From assembly GCA_963811165.1 (NCBI GenBank), contig CAWEQH010000004.1, positions 320,001-384,000 of the forward strand: a stretch of 64,000 nt of DNA, given 5' to 3'. A model generated the notes under the pieces. It made no database searches. It saw nothing but the letters and a program-made list of their open reading frames with translations, and was not told where the DNA came from. This stretch comes from an uncultured Nitrospiraceae bacterium (GTDB lineage: Bacteria > Nitrospirota > Thermodesulfovibrionia > Thermodesulfovibrionales > UBA6898). Position numbers and translations under genes: made by a program. The number at the start of each line of letters is the position of its first letter. The first letter of the stretch is position 1. Positions 1 through 9,657 of this stretch are shown one piece after another.

Positions 1-1248
1 GATGTATCTTCTGTTTCCGGTCGCGTTATAGAGATCAATGAGGGCACTGCCGAATAGGGCATTGTCCGCGAGCAGTCCCTCCAGGTGTTTGTCCCCGTCA
101 CGATAATAACGATAGACCCCCCTTTTTTTGGAGTAAAGGTTCCGGATCATGAATTCGGCCGCCTTCTCCGCCTGTATAAGATATTCCTTCGATCCTGTGG
201 CGCCGGAGGCCGTTACTAAGGCGGTGATCATTTGAGCATTCGGACCGGCATAAATCGTGGTGTCGACACGGGGCGGCGGTCCCCCTCGCTTCTTCGCGGT
301 GTAATACCCTTCGTCTGCATCCTGACTCCCGTAGAAAACCCCTGTTTTCCGGTCGTAGAGATTATTCATGATATAGCCGATCGTCTCATCGAGGACCTTC
401 CGGTAGCCGACTTTGCCGAGGGCCAGAAAGGCGGATGCATAATTCCTTGCCAGCCCCGCGTTCAGATCGAGCAGTTTTTCGTAATGGGGCGACGACCAGT
501 CCGGCCGTGTTGCGTACCTGAAAAACCCGCCACCGATATCGTCGTGTATTGCGCCTGCCTCCATCCTGTCAAGCGTCAGGGTGATCATCTCTTTTGTCTC
601 TTCGTCCCCGCTTATCATGAATTCGGAGAGAAGGAAATCGATCGCCTCGGAGTTAGGAAATTTCTGGGTCGTCCCGAAGCCGCCGTGCTGCCTGTCGAAC
701 GCAGACTTCAGGGTGCCGACCGTCCTTCTCAGGTCCGCCGCATTCACGGCCGCTTCCCCTGATTGCTCAGGTCTTTTCTCTCTTTTTCCCCCCATGCCCC
801 GCCTGTCATTTCTGTATGCTGCGACGCCCTTTTTCAGCCAGGAGACCATGTCCTCCGGCGGGATATAGGTATCGCCCCGGACGATTTCCCCCTCCTGCGA
901 AAGCACGAGGGTGCTCGGCCATCCGCCCTGGTTATAAAGGCTGTCGATATCGGGCCGCATGTCGGCGTCAGCCCTCACGGGGATGAAATTCTCATTGATG
1001 TAAGCGATGACGCCCGTGTCGGAGTACGTCGTTTCGTCCATGACGTGGCACCAGTGGCACCACACCGCGCTAAGTGCCAGAAGAACCGGCCTCTGTAGCC
1101 TCTTCGCTTCAGAAAAAGGATCCGGGCCCCATTGCCGCCAGTGTATAAGGTCTGCCTTGTTCGGCTTGGGCGAGAACCTGAAATCAGAAGCCCCTGCACT
1201 CTGGGTGATAAAGATGACAGACAGAATAGCTGCTGCGAACTTTCTCAT
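1..1248 (-). CDS. DUF255/YyaL-type thioredoxin-domain protein with signal peptide (runs off the left edge)
   Basis: Manual translation from ATG 1248: MRKFAAAILSVIF...IHWRQWGPDPFSEAKRLQRPVLLALSAVWCHWCHVMDETTY...RPDIDSLYNQGGWPST. Absent from the ORF track because there is no stop inside the window. Confidence 0.85.
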   Translation of the reverse strand, partial: MRKFAAAILSVIFITQSAGASDFRFSPKPNKADLIHWRQWGPDPFSEAKRLQRPVLLALSAVWCHWCHVMDETTYSDTGVIAYINENFIPVRADADMRPDIDSLYNQGGWPSTLVLSQEGEIVRGDTYIPPEDMVSWLKKGVAAYRNDRRGMGGKREKRPEQSGEAAVNAADLRRTVGTLKSAFDRQHGGFGTTQKFPNSEAIDFLLSEFMISGDEETKEMITLTLDRMEAGAIHDDIGGGFFRYATRPDWSSPHYEKLLDLNAGLARNYASAFLALGKVGYRKVLDETIGYIMNNLYDRKTGVFYGSQDADEGYYTAKKRGGPPPRVDTTIYAGPNAQMITALVTASGATGSKEYLIQAEKAAEFMIRNLYSKKRGVYRYYRDGDKHLEGLLADNALFGSALIDLYNATGNRRYI

Positions 1249-1433
1249 ATTTTATTTTACCCCGTTAGAAAGACTGTTGCTGGGGGCGGATGAAAAAATC
1301 TTTTCCCGGCGCGGGTGGGGTTTATCGCCAAATGCAACGGGGTGAGCCGCCCCCCGGCTTAGAGGAAGACGGCATGCACGTTTCAACCTGCAAATATGCC
1401 GAAAGAGTATGGGCCCGAATGTTTTTGAGACTA

Positions 1434-1616
1434 TCAGGTGATCTTCTTCTTGATCGCCTTAACCGCAGAGGAGGCCTTTTTCGTCACGGTCTTCTTGGCG
1501 GCCGTGACTTTCTTTACCACCTTCTTCGCCACTTTTTTCTCGACCTTCGTTGCTTTTTTTACCGCCTTCTTTACCGCTTTTTGCACTGTCTTTTTGACTG
1601 TCTTCTTCCCGAACAT
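1434..1616 (-). CDS. Histone H1-like Lys/Val/Ala-rich small basic protein
   Basis: 60 aa of KKxV/KKAV repeats; strong RBS GAGGAGG just before the ATG. Confidence 0.7.
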   Translation of the reverse strand: MFGKKTVKKTVQKAVKKAVKKATKVEKKVAKKVVKKVTAAKKTVTKKASSAVKAIKKKIT

Positions 1617-1687
1617 TTCTCCTCCTCACGTAATCAGTTATTTCCGGATGCCTAGGCACCAGTCCGAATGCGGTAAGGCCGCGGGGG

Positions 1688-1918
1688 CTATTTCTTCATC
1701 CTCATCGGCCTTTCGCAACAGACGAGGTGGGTGGTCTCGGCGCAGCCGCATGCCGTGTCGACTGTAACAGCGAGGCCGCAGACCCCGCAGGAGTACCTGC
1801 TTCCTTCCTTGACCCCCGCCGCTTTCTTTGCGGTCCTCTTTACCGGGGTCTTCTTTGATGCGGTCTTAGGCGTCGCCTTTTTGGCAACCTTTTTTACTGA
1901 TGTCATCGCTCTTGCCAT
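1688..1918 (-). CDS. Lys-rich N-terminus fused to a Cys-rich (desulforedoxin-like) metal-binding module
   Basis: KKVAKKATPKTASKK followed by YSCGVCG...CGC...LVCCERPM; RBS AAGGAG. Confidence 0.7.
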   Translation of the reverse strand: MARAMTSVKKVAKKATPKTASKKTPVKRTAKKAAGVKEGSRYSCGVCGLAVTVDTACGCAETTHLVCCERPMRMKK

Positions 1919-2061
1919 GGCTTTCTCCTTTTTGCGAAAAGATCTGCCGCCAGTGCGGCACTTTCAAAGAGTATATCGCAAAAACTTCTTCTTTGCTATA
2001 CGTATCGTCGAAAAGGGTTCGCTCTTCATAATTTGCAACTTTAGGAATATAATGTAAGTGC

Positions 2062-3732
2062 ATGGATGATCTGGTGTTGCAAATAGACACGGGCGGGACC
2101 TTATTGGAGTGCCGTGGAGGATTGGGGGACAACTTGTTGATACCCTCCGATGAAGGTACGGGCAAGAACATCCGTGACGTGATGCCCTCAGATGCCGCCG
2201 ACCTGATCATGGTCCACATGGATAAAACGCTGCACACAGGGGAACTGCAACGGTTTGAGTACCAGCCTTGGATGAGCCAGCATCACTATGAGCTGCGATT
2301 GTTCGCCGGCGGACCCGACAGGATATTCGTTATTGTCAGCGACATCTCAGACCATAAGCAGGACTCCGAAAGGGTCAACTACCTTGCACATCACGACCCT
2401 CTGACGGATCTGCCGAACCGGTACCTGTTTAATGACCGGTTGAAGCAGGCTATAGCCCATGCCGAACGCGAAAAACAGTTGCTGGCGGTATTGTTTCTTG
2501 ATATAGACAACTTCAAACATATAAATGACACCATCGGGCACCGGGCGGGGGACCAGCTGCTGCAGGGCATCGCAACCAGATTAACGCTTGGCATCCGTAA
2601 GACGGATAGTGTTGCCCGGCCGTCGGCTGAAGACGGGGAACAAATGGTGGCGCGTCTTGGCGGGGATGAATTTACCATGCTTCTCACCGATACAAAAAAT
2701 ATTCAGGACCCGGCGACAGTGGCCCAGCGTATTCTCGCCATGCTCTCGGAGCCTTTTGTCATCGGGGTGCATGAAGTGTTTATTACGGCAAGCGTGGGCA
2801 TAGCCGTATATCCCCTCGACGGCGGAGATATCGATACGCTGCTCATCAATGCCGACGTGGCGATGTATCAGGCCAAGAATAACGGAAAAAATAACTATCA
2901 ATATTATTCCGATTCCATGAATACCCTCAGGGCCGAGAGATTTGCCGTGGAGCACAAATTGCGAAAGGCGTTGGACCAGAATGAGTTTATGCTGTTTTAC
3001 CAGCCCCAGATAGACATTTGCACCGGAAAAATTATTGGGGTGGAGGCATTGATACGCTGGCTGCAGCCGGACCTGGTACTGATCAAACCGGGTCAATTTA
3101 TTCCCCTTGCCGAGGAGACCGGACTCATCGTCCCCATAGGTGAATGGGTACTTCGCACCGCGTGTGCGGAAACCAGAATCTGGCAGAAATCCGGTCTTCA
3201 CCCGATCCGGATGACGGTAAATGTATCAAGTATCCAATTCAGACAGAACAACTTTGTGGAAACCGTATCGGGGATATTGCGCGATACGGGCCTGGACCCT
3301 CAGTATCTTCAATTGGAGCTCACCGAGGGTGCGATCATGCAGGACTCTCAAAATACCATCAAAAAGTTGCATGCGTTTCACGCAATGGGAATACAGGTTG
3401 CGATTGACGATTTCGGCACCGGTTATTCCTCGCTTAATTACCTGAAAAGGTTCCCCCTATCGACATTAAAAATCGACTACTCTTTTGTTAAGGATGTAGA
3501 CACCAGCCCTACGGACCAGGCCATTATCAACGCCATTGTCAGTCTGGCTCATAATTTTAATTTAAAGGTAATAGCCGAAGGGGTGGAGAAAAAGAAACAG
3601 CTGGCCTTTTTGCGTGAGTGCGGATGTGAAGGAGCACAGGGCTACTTAATTTGTCCGCCGGTGAACACGATCGTTTTGGCGGAGTTTATAAAAAAAGAAA
3701 GACATTTGAAAGTATTGCGGCATACAACGTAG
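2062..3732 (+). CDS. Diguanylate cyclase/phosphodiesterase (PAS-like + GGDEF + EAL)
   Basis: HDPLTDLPNR, RLGGDEF, EALIRW and DDFGTGYSSL motifs. Confidence 0.95.
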   Translation: MDDLVLQIDTGGTLLECRGGLGDNLLIPSDEGTGKNIRDVMPSDAADLIMVHMDKTLHTGELQRFEYQPWMSQHHYELRLFAGGPDRIFVIVSDISDHKQDSERVNYLAHHDPLTDLPNRYLFNDRLKQAIAHAEREKQLLAVLFLDIDNFKHINDTIGHRAGDQLLQGIATRLTLGIRKTDSVARPSAEDGEQMVARLGGDEFTMLLTDTKNIQDPATVAQRILAMLSEPFVIGVHEVFITASVGIAVYPLDGGDIDTLLINADVAMYQAKNNGKNNYQYYSDSMNTLRAERFAVEHKLRKALDQNEFMLFYQPQIDICTGKIIGVEALIRWLQPDLVLIKPGQFIPLAEETGLIVPIGEWVLRTACAETRIWQKSGLHPIRMTVNVSSIQFRQNNFVETVSGILRDTGLDPQYLQLELTEGAIMQDSQNTIKKLHAFHAMGIQVAIDDFGTGYSSLNYLKRFPLSTLKIDYSFVKDVDTSPTDQAIINAIVSLAHNFNLKVIAEGVEKKKQLAFLRECGCEGAQGYLICPPVNTIVLAEFIKKERHLKVLRHTT

Positions 3733-3759
3733 TTTCCGGGGGTTGTCTCTTTGAAAATG

Positions 3760-4654
3760 TTACGACATGTCCCGGTGAATCACATTTACCTCAAGGTTTT
3801 CTTCCCGGACAAATCTCGCGATTTCCCCGACGATTGCCGGAGAGCGGTGGTTCCCCCCCGTGCACCCGATTGCGATGGACAGATAGGCCCTCCCTTCTTT
3901 ACAGTAGCGGGGAAGCAAAAAGGCGAGCAGGTCCCTGACTTTTTTGATAAAAGCCCTGGCATCGGGGCCGTTCAGAACATATTTCGCTGTCAGTCTGTCG
4001 GTTCCGTTTCTGTATTTCAATTCCGGGACGAAGTAGGGGTTAGGCAGGAACCTGACGTCAAACAGCAGATCGATGTTCTGCGGCACGCCGTATTTGAACC
4101 CGAAAGAAATCAGAGTGACGGCCATCTCCCGGTTTCCCCCCCCCCACTGCATAGAGAGAGGAGATAAGGCCCCTCAACTGATGGGGGGAGTATGAAGAGG
4201 TGTCTATTACCCGGTCGGCATTTTGTTTGAGCGGCTCCAGCCTCGTCTTCTCCGCCTGAATCGCAGCTTCCAGGTCTCCGCCGAGGGGATGCGGCCTGCG
4301 GGTCTCCTTGAACCTTCGTATAAGAACCTGCGCCTCGGCCTCGAGAAACAATACCTCCATGCGGTATCTCTCCCTGAGTGTGCTCAGGACGCTATCGATA
4401 TCAGGCAAAAACTCTTTCTCGCGGATGTCGATGCCTATCGCAATGTCCCTGACCGCGGGGTGGCGCGAAATCTTTGACACGAGCGAGTCTATGAGGGAGA
4501 CGGGCAGGTTGTCCACACAGAAGAAATTCATGTCTTCTACCGCACGCAGGGCAACGGTCTTGCCGGAGCCGGAAAGTCCTGATATAATGACGACCCGGGG
4601 GGATTTTCCCTTCTCCCGGGTGCGCCGAGGTGCCTTGACCGGTGGTTTCTTCAC
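3760..4654 (-). pseudogene. rapZ: RNase adapter RapZ (YvcJ/UPF0042), split by a +1 frameshift in a G10 run
   Basis: N-half has ISGLSGSGKT, FCVDNLP and RRFKETRRPHPL. C-half has SFGFKYG, DVRFLPNP and IGCTGGNHRS. The frame changes at C10, 4136-4145. Confidence 0.85.
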
Positions 4655-4738
4655 AAAAGAGACGCCGGGACCTCAGCAGGCGATGAGGGCCGCTTCACTG
4701 CCGGAACCATATTTTCCCGACCGTCTCCCGGCATGTCC

Positions 4739-5263
4739 CTATTTTTTGGGTTCGATCAATCCGAAATTCCCGTCTCTTCTTTTGTAGATGACATTGATGT
4801 CTTCGCTTATATCATTGATGAAGACGAAGAAGTCCTTGTCGAGCAGTTCCATCTGCATGGAGGCCTCGTCCGGGCTCATCGGTTTCAGTTCGAACCGTTT
4901 GTTTTTGATTATCGTGCCGGTCTCCGGAGACGCAGATTTCTCGGCTTCCCCGGCGGTCTTGGCGCCGCCTTTTCTGCGGCCGACGAGCTTCTCCTTGTAT
5001 TTTTTTATCTGTCTGTCGAGTTTTTCGACGACCTCGTCTATGGAGGAGTAGATCTCTCCCGTCACCCCTTCGGCCTGTATGAGAACTCCATTGGCCCTAA
5101 GGAGAACTTCCGCCTTATGCCTGTATTTCTTCTCTATGCTGAGTGTAACTACCGCCTCTGATATATCGGAAAGATACCGCCCGAATTTACCCACTTTTTC
5201 TTCCGCGTAGGTCTTTAGCGCCGGGGTGATCTCCATGTGTCTTCCATTGACGATGATGTTCAT
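4739..5263 (-). CDS. hpf: Ribosome hibernation promoting factor (long HPF)
   Basis: MNIIVNGRHMEITPALKTYAEEK; C-terminal KPMSPDEASMQM...VIYKRRDGNFGLIEP; follows rpoN. Confidence 0.95.
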   Translation of the reverse strand: MNIIVNGRHMEITPALKTYAEEKVGKFGRYLSDISEAVVTLSIEKKYRHKAEVLLRANGVLIQAEGVTGEIYSSIDEVVEKLDRQIKKYKEKLVGRRKGGAKTAGEAEKSASPETGTIIKNKRFELKPMSPDEASMQMELLDKDFFVFINDISEDINVIYKRRDGNFGLIEPKK

Positions 5264-5300
5264 AGTTTCCTCCTTTTCATAATCGTTGCCTCGCGAACGG

Positions 5301-6743
5301 TCATCTCTTTCGTTGACTTTGAGAAGGGATCTTCAATTCTTCCCTGTACTTTGCGATTGTCCTCCTTGCAATATTGATATTCTGACTCTTGAAGATGTCC
5401 ACTACGGACATGTCGCTGAGCGGTTTCGCAGAATCCTCTTCTGCGATTATTTTCTTCACCATCTCCTTCACTGTCGTTGCCGATATTTCCCCTGAATCGC
5501 TGGGGATCGCGTTGCTGAAGAAGAACCGGAACCCATATATCCCGCGCGGGCAGGAAAGATACTTGTTCGATGTGACCCTGCTGATCGTGCTTTCATGAAG
5601 TCCCAGTTCCGATGCGATGTCCTTAAGGTTCAGAGGCTTTAGAAAATTCACCCCCTTGTCAAAAAAGTCTCTCTGGAAATTGAGTATGCATTCTGTAACG
5701 CGGTAAATGGTCTTGTTTCTCTGGTCAAGGCTCTTCATCAGCCAGATAGCGGAACGGAGCTTGTCTTCCAGAAACTGCCTGTCTTCTTTCGGGATGGCGT
5801 TCTTATGGCTCAGGAGCCGCTGGTAATATGAGCTGATCCTCAGTCTCGGCAGCCCTTCATCGTTAAGGACGATCTGGTACCCGTTGTCCGCCTTAATGAT
5901 GTAGACGTCGGGCGTGATATAGTTGACGTCGGAGGACGAGAAGTTGCTGCCGGGTTTCGGGTCGAGGCCCTCAATGACCTTGACCGCCGCCATAATGTCA
6001 TCGACGGGGACATTGTAAAGCTTGGCCAGCTGCGGGTATTTCCTTTTGCCCAGCAGGTCAAGGTTTTTGGCGACCAGACTTTCGACAAGCGTCCCTTCCA
6101 GGCCGAGGGACTTCAGTTGCAATTGCAGGCATTCTTTGATGTCCCTCGCCGCAATCCCCGGGGGATCGAAGCTCTGGACGAGCCTTACCGCGCGCTCTGC
6201 CGTCTCTATGTCGCTGCCGGCGATTTCTGCAATCTCTTCATTCGTTATTTTGAGGTACCCGTTTTCGTCGATGTTGCCGATTATAATCTCTCCGATGCTC
6301 CTGACGGTTTCGTCCTCCTTTGAGAGGCGAAGCTGCCAGATAAGATGGTCGAAGAGGTCCGACGATGAGCTCAGAAAGTACTCGAATGAAGGCTGTGTGA
6401 CATTGCCGGGCGTGAAATAACCGAGGTCCCTCCCGTCATAACTTCTCTCATCGAAATAGTCGTCGGTTGAGGAATATCCCATCAGTTTTTCGAGGGGGAT
6501 TTCAGAGTCGTCGCGCTCTCCGGGTTCGGCGGGCTCCGCCTCTTCCCTCTCTTCCTTTGTCATTTCTTCCTTCGATGAGACCTCGGTGAGCTCTTCTAAA
6601 AAAGGGTTCTCTACCAGTTCCTGGGTGAGAGTCTGGGACAGCTCAAGCTGAGGCATCTGCAGCAGCTTTATCGCCATCTGGAGCTGAGGTGTCAGCACCA
6701 GTTTTTGGGAAAGTTTTAATTCAAGACGACTTTCGAGCGCCAT
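5301..6743 (-). CDS. rpoN: RNA polymerase sigma-54 factor
   Basis: TPQLQMAIKLLQ, HESTISR and the RpoN box ARRTIAKYRE. Confidence 0.98.
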   Translation of the reverse strand: MALESRLELKLSQKLVLTPQLQMAIKLLQMPQLELSQTLTQELVENPFLEELTEVSSKEEMTKEEREEAEPAEPGERDDSEIPLEKLMGYSSTDDYFDERSYDGRDLGYFTPGNVTQPSFEYFLSSSSDLFDHLIWQLRLSKEDETVRSIGEIIIGNIDENGYLKITNEEIAEIAGSDIETAERAVRLVQSFDPPGIAARDIKECLQLQLKSLGLEGTLVESLVAKNLDLLGKRKYPQLAKLYNVPVDDIMAAVKVIEGLDPKPGSNFSSSDVNYITPDVYIIKADNGYQIVLNDEGLPRLRISSYYQRLLSHKNAIPKEDRQFLEDKLRSAIWLMKSLDQRNKTIYRVTECILNFQRDFFDKGVNFLKPLNLKDIASELGLHESTISRVTSNKYLSCPRGIYGFRFFFSNAIPSDSGEISATTVKEMVKKIIAEEDSAKPLSDMSVVDIFKSQNINIARRTIAKYREELKIPSQSQRKR

Positions 6744-7466
6744 CTAAAGTCTAAACTCCTCACCAAGATACACTTCTTTTACTCTGGGGTCCGCAATCAG
6801 TTTTTCGGGCGGACCCTCATTGAGGATCTCGCCGTTATTAATGATATAGGCCCTGTCGGTTATGGAAAGGGTATCTCTGACGTTATGGTCGGTGATTATT
6901 ATCCCGAGCCCTTTTGATTTTAAATATACGAGCATCTTCTTCAGATCGATGATGGCAAGAGGGTCGATACCCGCAAAGGGCTCGTCGAAGAGGATGAAGA
7001 TCGGTTTTGTCGCCAGGGCCCTTGCGATCTCGGTCCGTCTCCGTTCCCCGCCGGAGAGCCTGTACCCATTCCTCCCGGAAAACTCTTCCAGGTTGAATTC
7101 CTTGAGGAGACGAGAGACCTCGGCATCTATCTCGGAAGTGGAAAGCCCTTTGATTTCGAGTACCGCCCTAAGATTGTCCTCGACCGATAGTTTCCTGAAG
7201 ATTGAAGGTTCCTGAGGAAGATAACTCATCCCCATCAAGGCCCTTTTATACATCGGCAGCCCGCTTATGTCTTTCTGGTCCAGATAGATACTGCCGCGGT
7301 CGGGCCTGGTGAGTCCGAGGATGCTGTAAAACGTGGTCGTCTTTCCCGCGCCGTTAGGTCCCAACAGCCCCACGATTTCCCCTGTCGTCACGTGCAGATC
7401 GATGTTCCTGATCACCGCTTTTTTACTGTAGCTTTTGGAGAGATCCTTTACCTCAAGAAGATGCAT
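6744..7466 (-). CDS. lptB: LPS export ABC ATPase
   Basis: GPNGAGKTT, LSGGERRRTEIARAL, DEPFAGIDP, TDHNVRDTL; upstream of rpoN. Confidence 0.95.
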   Translation of the reverse strand: MHLLEVKDLSKSYSKKAVIRNIDLHVTTGEIVGLLGPNGAGKTTTFYSILGLTRPDRGSIYLDQKDISGLPMYKRALMGMSYLPQEPSIFRKLSVEDNLRAVLEIKGLSTSEIDAEVSRLLKEFNLEEFSGRNGYRLSGGERRRTEIARALATKPIFILFDEPFAGIDPLAIIDLKKMLVYLKSKGLGIIITDHNVRDTLSITDRAYIINNGEILNEGPPEKLIADPRVKEVYLGEEFRL

Positions 7467-7948
7467 TATTTGTCCTTCTTATTTTTCAGAAATACCCTGC
7501 TTTTTTCGACGTAGGAGCGGTCCTGGGCTATATAATACGTCATCGTTTCTCCGGTGACCACATTTTCACCGTCCTCTGCCCGGGGATCGCCGGTGAAGAC
7601 GACTTTGTCTTCGTCGGCGTAGTAGGTCGCCATCCGAGAGGTGATGAGACGGCCGCTCTTAAGGAGCCTGACATTGCCCGTCGCCTCGATTTTTGTCACA
7701 TCCCCGCTGCCTTCCCTGTAAAAGACAAGCATTTTGTCTGAATAGATGGTCATGTCCGTTGTCTTGGCAACGACCTTCCCCTCAAACAGCGCGGTATGGG
7801 CCTTGTTATCGGAGGTAAGGGTCTCCGAGGTTATGGTGATCGGTCCTTTTACCTGCATCTTCTGCTCTTCCCCCGCCGCAAATGCTGAATGCAACAAGAT
7901 AAGCGGCAGAATAAAAAGAGCGCTAATTATAGAAAACCGCTTTGACAT
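7466..7948 (-). CDS. lptA: LPS transport periplasmic protein
   Basis: Signal peptide, OstA-like beta-jellyroll pattern, synteny with lptB. Confidence 0.85.
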   Translation of the reverse strand: MSKRFSIISALFILPLILLHSAFAAGEEQKMQVKGPITITSETLTSDNKAHTALFEGKVVAKTTDMTIYSDKMLVFYREGSGDVTKIEATGNVRLLKSGRLITSRMATYYADEDKVVFTGDPRAEDGENVVTGETMTYYIAQDRSYVEKSRVFLKNKKDK

Positions 7949-8435
7949 TTTTCCGTATCCTCACAGTCTGCGCTGTGTTGTCCGCATCCATACCGATGCC
8001 TTCAATGCTGAATTTCTTGGCTTCTATCTTCACCCCGCTGTCGGCTTTCAGCGTTCCGCTTGTGCTGTCGAATTTTGCGCCCTCCGAGGTGATCGCGTAG
8101 CCGTCGCCTTTGGCGACTACCTTGCCGTCTACGAAGAGGTTCCTGGCGTTCATGTCGTACAGCCCTTTATCTGCGCATACCGTAATACCTTTGTTCTCAA
8201 TTTTCATTTCTATTCCCGAAAGATACGCCTTATTTTCCTTGTCGGTAATGTCGGCCCTCCGGGCGGTCAATGTCCAGTCTATGTTGCCGTTTTGCCTGTG
8301 GACCAATTTCAGACCTTCGATATAAGACCCGCCTTTCAGAAGGGCACCTGTTTTGGTCCCTCTTTCGCTTTTGAACAGGAAAAACAGCAGGGAAAACAGC
8401 GCTAACGAAAGGACAACCAGCATGCTTTTCTTCAT
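7923..8435 (-). CDS. lptC: LPS export protein LptC
   Basis: N-terminal TM, WTLTARRA motif, synteny lptC-lptA-lptB. Confidence 0.75.
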   Translation of the reverse strand: MKKSMLVVLSLALFSLLFFLFKSERGTKTGALLKGGSYIEGLKLVHRQNGNIDWTLTARRADITDKENKAYLSGIEMKIENKGITVCADKGLYDMNARNLFVDGKVVAKGDGYAITSEGAKFDSTSGTLKADSGVKIEAKKFSIEGIGMDADNTAQTVRIRKNVKAVFYN

Positions 8436-8554
8436 GAAATTAAGTCTATCATATGAGGTGCATTAAGTAAAGAGCAAATTGGATGCCAGTTTAAAGAATT
8501 TCAGGTTTTCCAGGGGCTTGCAGCCGAAAAAACCGACGCCGGAAAGATCGCCGG

Positions 8555-9379
8555 CTACCGCATGTCTTTGAGAAGGGCGTTTCTCATTATGTCCACCGGC
8601 GGAGAGACCGACGTCCATAGTTCGAAGGCGAGCACCCCCTGCCATAAAAGCATTCCGAGCCCGTCCATAGTGCGACAGCCTTTTTGTGCCGCAAGGTCAA
8701 GGAGCGGCGTCCTTTTGTATATGAGGTCGCAGACGGTCTGGGTGGGCAAGAGCGCTGCAAGATCGACCGGGTGAGGGTCGTTTTTCTTAAGGCCGAGGGG
8801 GGTTGCGTTGACGATGATATCGAACCCGGCCTGAGGATCTATTTGTGGAAGGGCCGAGACGTTCCCCCTTATCTGAGAGAGGTCCGATACCAGTTTATCG
8901 AGCTTCTTCGTATCTATGTCGTAAATATCGAGACTCCCGGCCTTTTCACTGAGATAATACCCTACGGCACGGGATGCGCCTCCGGCACCTACAATGAGGA
9001 CTTTCTTCCCGGCGACCGCGATCCCCTTTTCTTCGCATGCGCGCATGAAGCCGCGTCCGTCGGTGTTATACCCGGTCAGCGTTCCTTCCCGGCGCACGAT
9101 CGTATTGACGGCGCCGATAAAGGACGCCTCTTCATTGACCTCGTCGAGGAGACGTATCACCGCTTCCTTATGCGGTACGGTCACGTTGACGCCCGCAAGC
9201 GAAAGCGCCCTGATCGAATCAACGGCCTTGCCGAGTGAACCGGGATGCACGAGGAAGGGGACATAACAGTAATCCAACCCGAGGTGTTCGAAGGCCGCGT
9301 TATGCATTGCAGGGGAGAGCGTATGCTCAACAGGATATCCGAAGAGGCCGGTGATTTTTGTCTTTCCTGTAATGTTCAT
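8555..9379 (-). CDS. aroE: Shikimate dehydrogenase
   Basis: HTLSPAMHN, NVTVPHK, GAVNT, NTDG, GAGGA and NATPLG motifs. Confidence 0.96.
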   Translation of the reverse strand: MNITGKTKITGLFGYPVEHTLSPAMHNAAFEHLGLDYCYVPFLVHPGSLGKAVDSIRALSLAGVNVTVPHKEAVIRLLDEVNEEASFIGAVNTIVRREGTLTGYNTDGRGFMRACEEKGIAVAGKKVLIVGAGGASRAVGYYLSEKAGSLDIYDIDTKKLDKLVSDLSQIRGNVSALPQIDPQAGFDIIVNATPLGLKKNDPHPVDLAALLPTQTVCDLIYKRTPLLDLAAQKGCRTMDGLGMLLWQGVLAFELWTSVSPPVDIMRNALLKDMR

Positions 9380-9657
9380 GTAATGCTCCGATCTCAGATT
9401 CTACTTGGGCACACAATATTGCGCCGGCTAAATAGTCCGGAACCAGTATTAGTGTACAAGAATCGGAAAAATTTTTGTGGAAGCAACCCACTCCCCGTGT
9501 TCTAGTCGGCATCCGGCCCTTGCATTTAAAAAAAACGAACTATCTTATAAAAAGAGCCATGGGTCAGCCGATAAAAAATGTCCTTAAACCAAAACGGGGA
9601 TGCACACGCATCAGGAGACTTCCGATACGGACCGGGGAATTGAAAAAGGCATGAGGT

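Noticed and set aside
232..1345. Plus-strand ORFs at the left end and similar long antisense ORFs throughout
   Set aside because: They are shadows of well-supported genes on the opposite strand.
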